From the NCBI GenBank assembly GCA_049976425.1, contig JBMFIG010000035.1, positions 1 to 12,185 on the forward strand: a stretch of DNA of 12,185 bases, read 5' to 3'. Made by a program: the position numbers and the translations under genes. Source of the stretch: Thermoproteus sp. (lineage in GTDB: Archaea; Thermoproteota; Thermoprotei; Thermoproteales; Thermoproteaceae). The notes under the pieces are model-generated. The model saw nothing but the letters and a program-made list of their open reading frames with translations, was not told where the DNA came from and searched no databases. Shown piece after piece: positions 6,408 to 12,185 of this stretch (the stretch's first letter is position 1; every line of letters begins with the position of its first letter).

Positions 6408-7667
6408 TTAGGGTATGAGCGCGGCCAGTAGCAGAGGCGCGGCGACGCCGAGGACCACCGCGAGCGTCGAGGTGAGCACCGAAGTGGCGTTGTCGGCGCT
6501 GGGGCCAGCCGCCTCAACGATCTGCCTAAAGATCCGCAGATAGTAGGGGGTCGCCAGAGCGCTGTTGAGTATCACGAGGACCGCGACGCCGACTTGGCCT
6601 AAGGCCAGCGATAGGAGTATGAGCAGTAGCTTGGGCCAGAAGCCGAGGAGAGGCGGCAGGCCGAGCAGAGACAATACGTTGATGGTGTTCGACAGGACGC
6701 GCCTCTCCGGGACCGTGTCGGCGTGCTTGACGGTGAGCGCGCCGAATATGCCCGCCTTGCCGAGGCCCGAGGTCAGACCCTCCAGCATGATCACTAGCGA
6801 GGCCACGGAAAACGCCGACATGTTGCCCACGAGAGGCAATGAGACGAACCTGTTGCCGAAGTAGAACACCAGCGCGGCGGCGGCCACGGCGTAGGACATA
6901 TGCGCGATGGAGGAATACGCCAAGGTGCGGCCGAAGGTCCTCGCCGTGAGGCCGGCCACGTTGGCGAAGGTCATGGAGGCAAGCGCCGCGATGAGAAGGG
7001 CGAACGCGGCTGGCTTGGCCATGGGGACGACGTTGAGGAGAGTCAGCAGGACCAACAACGGCGTCAGCTCGCCGAATATGGTCAACGCGGCGACGCCTCT
7101 AGGCGTGGACAGGGCGAACGCGTCTACCATCCAGAGGTGGGCCGGCACGAGGCCCAGCTCGAAGATGAAGCCTATTGCGAGCACGACCCAGCCGAGGGTA
7201 GGCGATACGTAGAGGGCGAGGGGGAAGCCGAGCATCATCAAGGTCTTGCCCACGGCCGAGAATATGAGGTACTTGAGAGCCCCCTCCACGTTCTCCCTCT
7301 CGCGGCCCGACGCGAGCAGGCCGTATATGCTGGTCGTCGACACCGCCAGCGCGGCCAGCCCCGCGAAGGCGTAGTAGACCGCCTGTTGAGGCGCCGCTAC
7401 GACCCTATAGTAGGCGTAGGCCGCCAGGGCCGTGGACGTGGCCGAGAGGCCCAAGGCGAACCCCAGCCCCCCGTAAGGCCAATCCAGGGCGAAGGCTATG
7501 GCCACCACGCCGAGTAGCGTGAAGAAGAACGCGGCCTCGGGCACGAAGAAGGCCATGGCGAACACAGCTATCCCCATGGCGGCCGCGAGGTAGCGCCCGT
7601 CCACCTTAAGCGCGAGGGGCGCAAGCGCGGCGAAGGCCAACACGACGAGGAAGAACGGGTCGATCAT
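6408..7667 (-). CDS. nuoN: Complex I-like antiporter subunit N (NuoN), divergent
   Basis: EGALKYLIF, LVPAHLWMVDA, RTLAYSSIAH and SLLGLPPLLGFWPK motifs; highly hydrophobic; last gene of the operon. Confidence 0.85.
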   Translation of the reverse strand: MIDPFFLVVLAFAALAPLALKVDGRYLAAAMGIAVFAMAFFVPEAAFFFTLLGVVAIAFALDWPYGGLGFALGLSATSTALAAYAYYRVVAAPQQAVYYAFAGLAALAVSTTSIYGLLASGRERENVEGALKYLIFSAVGKTLMMLGFPLALYVSPTLGWVVLAIGFIFELGLVPAHLWMVDAFALSTPRGVAALTIFGELTPLLVLLTLLNVVPMAKPAAFALLIAALASMTFANVAGLTARTFGRTLAYSSIAHMSYAVAAAALVFYFGNRFVSLPLVGNMSAFSVASLVIMLEGLTSGLGKAGIFGALTVKHADTVPERRVLSNTINVLSLLGLPPLLGFWPKLLLILLSLALGQVGVAVLVILNSALATPYYLRIFRQIVEAAGPSADNATSVLTSTLAVVLGVAAPLLLAALIP

Positions 7668-9553
7668 AGCAACACCAACAAGACCAGCACTAGGAGGCCG
7701 GCGATGGCGTATAGGAGATACCAGCTGAGGCTCCCGGTCTGCAGACGCCTAAACGCGGCGGACATCCTGCCGAAGGCCCAGGGAAGCGCCGCGTGGTAGA
7801 GGTTGTCTATCACGCCGCGGTCGACGACCCAGTAGATCAGGTGGGCCAAGTGGTGGTATATCCACACGAGGACCCCGTCGTAGAGCCACGGCAGGTAGAA
7901 CCTCCTATAGCCTATCCTCCAAAGCGGGGTCAAGGCCCTGGACCTCACGCCTGGCCTCAAGACGTAGAGCGCCAGCGCTACGGCGAAGCCCGCGAGGAAT
8001 GCGAAGAAGCCGGGGGACGCGACCAGCTTCGCGACCTCGTCGGCGTAGAGGTACGCGAAGTAGCCGCCGACTCCCAACGCGGCCAGGGCCAGGACGGTGT
8101 AGGGGACCCACATGATGGGGTGCGCCTCGTGGACGTGTTCCTTAGGCTCGGGGCCGTGGACCAGCGAAAGGCCGAGGAGCCTCAGCCCGTAGAGAGGGGC
8201 GAGGAACGCTATGAGGCCGGCCACCAAGACGCCTGAGAACCCCACGGCGTCGAAGCCCGCCGATATGTTGTCGACTGCCATCTCCTTAGTGAAGAACCCG
8301 GCGAACGGCGGCGTGCCGATCAGCGAGAGCATGGCCAGCCAAAGCGCCAGGGACGTCACCCTCATGTAGTTGCCGAGCCTGCCGACGGCGCCGAGGTATT
8401 TAGTGCCGGTCTCGTGGATCACAGCGCCGTATCCCATGAAGAGAGGCGCCTTGGAGATCGCGTGCCCCACGATTTGCATGAAGGCGATCCACAACAAGGC
8501 CGTAAGCGCCGCTCCGCTCCCCACGAGACCTGCGCCTCCCGCCGCGGCGGCTATAATGCCCAGATTAGCCGCGGTGGAGCCCGCCAGAACGAGCTTGAAC
8601 TCGTCCACCGTCAGCGCTATTATCGAGGAGAGGATTGCGGTCAACGCGCCGAATACAAGAACGGCGAGGAAATACGTCTGTGCCCCCTGCACAGACGCGA
8701 ATATCGGCGCCGTGACTATGAGCAGGTAGACGCCGGCGTTTACCATAGTCGCCGCGTGTATCAACGCCGAGACGCTCGTCGGGCCTGTCATCGCGGTCAG
8801 CAACCACTCGGTGAACGGGAACTGGGCCGACTTCGTCAAGGGGCCCATCAAGAAGAGGAACAACGGAAGCAGGCCGAGCGCCGAGATCGCGGGCCCTAGC
8901 CTGAGCAAGCCGGAGAGCTGGACGGTGCCGACGGCGGCGAAGATGTAGGCGAGCGACACAAGGAAGGCCGAGTCGCCGGTCCTAATCGTGAGGATTGCGC
9001 GGAGGCCCGCCTTCGAGGGAGGCCAGGCGTAGTCGACGAGCGCGACGCGGTCGCCCGGATGGCCCACCCACTTCACGTCCGGCTCGTCGTCTTTATACCA
9101 ATGTCCGATAAGGGCCCAGGACGCGAGGCCTACGCCTTCCCACCCGACGAGGAGGAACCAGAGGTTGTCGGCGTATGTGATTATGAGCATCGACGTGGCG
9201 AAGAAGCCCATGAAGAACCAGTACCAGCCCGGCCTGTAGTCGCCCTCCATGTACTTCACGCTGTAGAGCACTATGAAGAAGACCAGCCAGGCTACGAGCA
9301 TGCCCATCACTCCGCTGAACTGGTCCAGGTGGAGCGAGATGTAGATCCCTAGCTGGGGTATCCAGGGCACCGAGTACGTCTCGGTGTAGATGCCCGAGAC
9401 TGGCGGCGTGTAGGCCAGGATGGAGAAGACCGCCGACAGGAAGGCGCCTGCGACCACGAGCCAGGCCTTGGCCTTCTCTCCGGGCAGGAAGAGGCTGAGG
9501 ATAGACGCTACCAGAGGCAGGAATACCGTGAGGAATACGTACTCGGGGCTCAT
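7664..9553 (-). CDS. nuoL: Complex I-like antiporter subunit L (NuoL)
   Basis: YSVKYM, GWEGVGLASWALIG, KSAQFPFTEWLLTAMTGPTSVSALIHAATMVNAGVYL, GFFTKE, and C-terminal RRLQTGSLSWY after the lateral helix; 629 aa. Confidence 0.93.
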   Translation of the reverse strand: MSPEYVFLTVFLPLVASILSLFLPGEKAKAWLVVAGAFLSAVFSILAYTPPVSGIYTETYSVPWIPQLGIYISLHLDQFSGVMGMLVAWLVFFIVLYSVKYMEGDYRPGWYWFFMGFFATSMLIITYADNLWFLLVGWEGVGLASWALIGHWYKDDEPDVKWVGHPGDRVALVDYAWPPSKAGLRAILTIRTGDSAFLVSLAYIFAAVGTVQLSGLLRLGPAISALGLLPLFLFLMGPLTKSAQFPFTEWLLTAMTGPTSVSALIHAATMVNAGVYLLIVTAPIFASVQGAQTYFLAVLVFGALTAILSSIIALTVDEFKLVLAGSTAANLGIIAAAAGGAGLVGSGAALTALLWIAFMQIVGHAISKAPLFMGYGAVIHETGTKYLGAVGRLGNYMRVTSLALWLAMLSLIGTPPFAGFFTKEMAVDNISAGFDAVGFSGVLVAGLIAFLAPLYGLRLLGLSLVHGPEPKEHVHEAHPIMWVPYTVLALAALGVGGYFAYLYADEVAKLVASPGFFAFLAGFAVALALYVLRPGVRSRALTPLWRIGYRRFYLPWLYDGVLVWIYHHLAHLIYWVVDRGVIDNLYHAALPWAFGRMSAAFRRLQTGSLSWYLLYAIAGLLVLVLLVLL

Positions 9554-11010
9554 AGGCTAACCGGGACGAGGTGGTTTTGTACGTATACGCTTATGTTAGT
9601 CCAGAGACTCGACGACATCGGCGGGAGGAACAGTAGCACGGAGAGGAGCGCGGTGGCCACTATCGCAACTAGGGCGGCGTCGTACGGGCCCGCGCCGCTT
9701 ACCTTGGGCGGCCCGAAGAAGACGTTCTTGATTGTGGTGAACGCGTAGATGCCCGTCACGACGAGCATCGCGGCGAAGGCTATATATAACTCTATATACT
9801 CTACACCGAGATAGGTCTTGACCAGCGCCACCGCGAGGGTTATCTCGGATATCATGCCTATTGTGAGTATGCCGGCCAAGTTCAAGAAGCCCACTATGGC
9901 GGCTCCCGCGAGGGCCGAGTTCCAGCCGTATAGGCCGCCCATCCTGTCCACGTCGCGGGTGTGGAGGTGCATGATGAAGTAGCCGGCGGTCATGAAGAGG
10001 ACGGCCTTGCCCAGGCCGTGGCTGATGTATATCAACGCGGCGGCGGTGAGGCCGAAGACGTTGTGGAGAGAGAGGGCGAGGAGCATATAGCCCATCTGGC
10101 TCACGGTCGAGTAGGCGAAGAGCCTCTTGATGTCGCTCTGGACGTAGGCCATCATGCCCCCATATATGGCGGTGGCTATGCCGTACCACGTGAGGGCGGG
10201 GAACCAGCTCTGCGGCGTTATGGGAAGCGCCACGACCGATATAATATATCCGCCGAAGCCGACGAGCACGGGCGACAGAAGGGCCGACAGCGGCGTCGGG
10301 GCTTCTGCGTGCACGTAGGGTAGCCACATGTGGACGCCGAGAGCGGCCATCTTGATGAAGGAGCCCAGCAGGATCAGCAGAGTTGCGAGGTAGAGAAGCG
10401 TCTTGGGGAGAGCTCCGGCGGCTGTGGCGGGCACCGGGACCGAGGTGACTCCGTGGAGGTACAGCACTATGAAGCCCGCCAACATGAGGAGCGCCGCTAC
10501 GTGGGACCAGACCAGGTACATTACGGTGATCCTCGCCCTATCGCCGTAGCCGTAGTACAGCACCTGGAAGAGGGAGGCTATCAGCGCGACCTCGATGAAG
10601 ATGTAGATGCCGAAGAGGTTCTGCGCCGCGAACGCGCCGGCCAGGCCGCCGAGGAAGAAGCCGTAGGTGAGGTAGAATATGGTGTTCCTGACGCCGAGCT
10701 CCTCGGCCCTATGCTCCATGTAGGGCGCCGAGAATATGGCGACCATTATGCCGACGAGGGCCACGGTGAAGACGTAGGCGGCGTTGTAGGGCTCGAGATA
10801 CAGCGCGAAGATAGACCAGAGGCCCGTTCCGACCGAGGCCACGTACCTCGATCCGCCGAATAGGGAGAAGGACGATAGGGCCAGCAACGGCAACAACGCG
10901 ACAGCGCTTATGTAGGCCGCCGTCTGCGTGGACCGCCTGGCGGCCGCGTACGCCGCCAGCGAGAGGGCCATGGGCAACAGTATCGAGGCGTAGAGCGCGA
11001 GGCCGGTCAT
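9550..11010 (-). CDS. nuoM: Complex I-like antiporter subunit M (NuoM)
   Basis: YIFIE, IKMA..GVHMWLPYVHAEAPTP, DIKRLFAYSTVSQMG, ISHGLGK, HTRDVDRMGGL and GMISE (TM12 Glu, typical of NuoM); 486 aa. Confidence 0.88.
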   Translation of the reverse strand: MTGLALYASILLPMALSLAAYAAARRSTQTAAYISAVALLPLLALSSFSLFGGSRYVASVGTGLWSIFALYLEPYNAAYVFTVALVGIMVAIFSAPYMEHRAEELGVRNTIFYLTYGFFLGGLAGAFAAQNLFGIYIFIEVALIASLFQVLYYGYGDRARITVMYLVWSHVAALLMLAGFIVLYLHGVTSVPVPATAAGALPKTLLYLATLLILLGSFIKMAALGVHMWLPYVHAEAPTPLSALLSPVLVGFGGYIISVVALPITPQSWFPALTWYGIATAIYGGMMAYVQSDIKRLFAYSTVSQMGYMLLALSLHNVFGLTAAALIYISHGLGKAVLFMTAGYFIMHLHTRDVDRMGGLYGWNSALAGAAIVGFLNLAGILTIGMISEITLAVALVKTYLGVEYIELYIAFAAMLVVTGIYAFTTIKNVFFGPPKVSGAGPYDAALVAIVATALLSVLLFLPPMSSSLWTNISVYVQNHLVPVSL

Positions 11011-11303
11011 GGCCTATCTCTGCCCGATCTGAACTCCTCCAGGTCTGTGGTCTTGGCGGCCGCGTATGCCCTATATATCACCGCTCCTATAATGGCCACC
11101 TCGCCGGCGGCCATGGATATGAGCAACACCAACGCCCAGAGGCCTACGGAGGGCGCGGCCGATAGGACCGGCGCGAGGGCGGCGAGAGCCCCCACGACTA
11201 CCACCTCGATCGCGATGAGGAGGCGCACCATGTTCCTGCTCGCCGCAAGGCCGTAGAGCCCCACGGCGATCAGCACGAGCCCGATGGCGATTGCGGCGAT
11301 CAT
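11007..11303 (-). CDS. nuoK: Complex I subunit K (NuoK), 98 aa
   Basis: True start is ATG 11303 (MIAAIAIGLVLIAVGLYGLAASRNMVRLLIAIE...MAAGEVAIIGA). Three TM helices with both conserved Glu; ATGA overlaps on both sides. Confidence 0.9.
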   Translation of the reverse strand: MIAAIAIGLVLIAVGLYGLAASRNMVRLLIAIEVVVVGALAALAPVLSAAPSVGLWALVLLISMAAGEVAIIGAVIYRAYAAAKTTDLEEFRSGRDRP

Positions 11304-11728
11304 ACCCTCTTCGCGACCTCTATGGCCACCACTAGCGACGAGACCAGGAGGGCCGCTATTAGGGCGAGGAGGTCGAAGTTGGGCTGTAGCTCCTGGCCCA
11401 TCTGGGGCGGCGGCGCTTGCGGGATCAAGGCCCACAACAGCAGGGCGGCGGCGACGGCGAGGACGGCCACGGCTATCTTGTACCGGCGCGGGTATTCGAA
11501 GAAGCCGCCGTACATCGAGGCGGTGACTATCACCATGAGTATGACCGAGCCTATATAGACGACGAAGACCAAGAAGGACGCCACCACGAGCCCCATCAAG
11601 GCGTAGTATGCGGCCACCGTGGCGGCCGAGAACGCCAGGCTCAGGGCGGCCACGGCGTTGTCCTTGACCAAAACCGCGAGGATGCCGAAGATTAGGGCAA
11701 CCGCCAGAATCAGATATTCCAGGAACAT
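11300..11728 (-). CDS. nuoJ: Complex I subunit J (NuoJ), 142 aa
   Basis: Five hydrophobic helices and a VYIGSVILMVI motif (NuoJ VYxGA-like); directly upstream of nuoK. Confidence 0.85.
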   Translation of the reverse strand: MFLEYLILAVALIFGILAVLVKDNAVAALSLAFSAATVAAYYALMGLVVASFLVFVVYIGSVILMVIVTASMYGGFFEYPRRYKIAVAVLAVAAALLLWALIPQAPPPQMGQELQPNFDLLALIAALLVSSLVVAIEVAKRV

Positions 11729-11749
11729 GTAGGGCGTGGAATAACACCC

Positions 11750-11759
11750 TTTTAAATAA
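11750..11759 (-). promoter_or_regulatory. Putative TATA box of the nuoJKMLN operon (leaderless)
   Basis: The - strand reads TTATTTAAAA; TTTAAAA lies 28-22 nt upstream of ATG 11728. Confidence 0.65.
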
Positions 11760-11830
11760 TTCTTGAGTCGAGTGCAAAAAAGAGTTAACTCGCCCCCAGG
11801 ATCTGCGACCGACGCGGCTCCTACCGGCGA

Positions 11831-12185
11831 TTAGCCCGTCGACAGCCCTCTCCTCAGCTCCTCCAGCGCCTTTTCTAGCTCATCGCTCCACTTGACTCTC
11901 CCCCTCAAGGCCTCTGCCCTCTCGGCGAGTTCTCTCAAGAGCAGAACCACGTCTCTCGCCGCCTCTCCCCTATCCCTATACTTCGAGAGAGCCATGTCGG
12001 GGTCCGGGCCGTGGTACTGGTAGTCGTGGAGGTCGAGGGCCTTGTCTGTCCACGCCGCGATGCCCGCATGGCCGGCCTCCTCAAGCATCTGCGACAGCGC
12101 CTTCATACGGCTAGTGGGCACTCTAGGCACCGCGGTCGACTCAAGCCAACGCCTGTCCTCGTCGCTTCTGGCCAAAGCCTTCAGC
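11831..12185 (-). CDS. PaREP1-like family protein, C-terminal part (5' end outside the window)
   Basis: The frame is open to the window edge (LKALARSDEDRRWLE...). VPTSRMKALSQMLEE and ALDLHDYQYHGPDPD...SKY...EAARD resemble the Thermoproteales PaREP1 paralog family as recalled. Helical and charged. Confidence 0.65.
   Translation of the reverse strand, partial: LKALARSDEDRRWLESTAVPRVPTSRMKALSQMLEEAGHAGIAAWTDKALDLHDYQYHGPDPDMALSKYRDRGEAARDVVLLLRELAERAEALRGRVKWSDELEKALEELRRGLSTG

Noticed and set aside
6565-11695. Many short overlapping ORFs within nuo genes
   Set aside because: Shadow frames from GC-biased codon usage; no independent promoter or motif.
11304-11777. N-terminal extension of the 256-aa ORF
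   Set aside because: Arg/Gly-rich alternative frame of nuoJ; only the last 98 aa are NuoK.
1-12185. CRISPR array, tRNA, rRNA or IS element
   Set aside because: No regularly spaced repeats, cloverleaf, rRNA-length region or transposase seen; nearly all sequence is explained by protein genes.

Overview
GC-rich archaeal chromosome segment, very likely Thermoproteales (Thermoproteus/Pyrobaculum-like). This is supported by a CC1-type chromatin protein, a long-form NDK, a PaREP1-like gene, TATA boxes about 20-28 nt before start codons, and ATGA-coupled operons. Left to right: the 5' part of a glutamate dehydrogenase gene (- strand, missed by the ORF track); a ~240-bp AT-rich spacer with two overlapping perfect inverted repeats; two divergent MFS transporters (a NiaP/YceI-like one, and an MHS-family one split by a 1-nt frameshift in a C6 run); a candidate box C/D guide sRNA with its own TATA box, directly followed by a divergent CC1-like small DNA-binding protein; ndk; a coupled pair of paralogous zinc-ribbon membrane proteins of unknown function; a stand-alone complex I membrane-arm operon in the order nuoJ-K-M-L-N with unusual changes at conserved charged residues; and the 3' part of a PaREP1-like gene. 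No CRISPR array, tRNA, rRNA or transposase was seen. All family calls are from motif recognition, not database searches.
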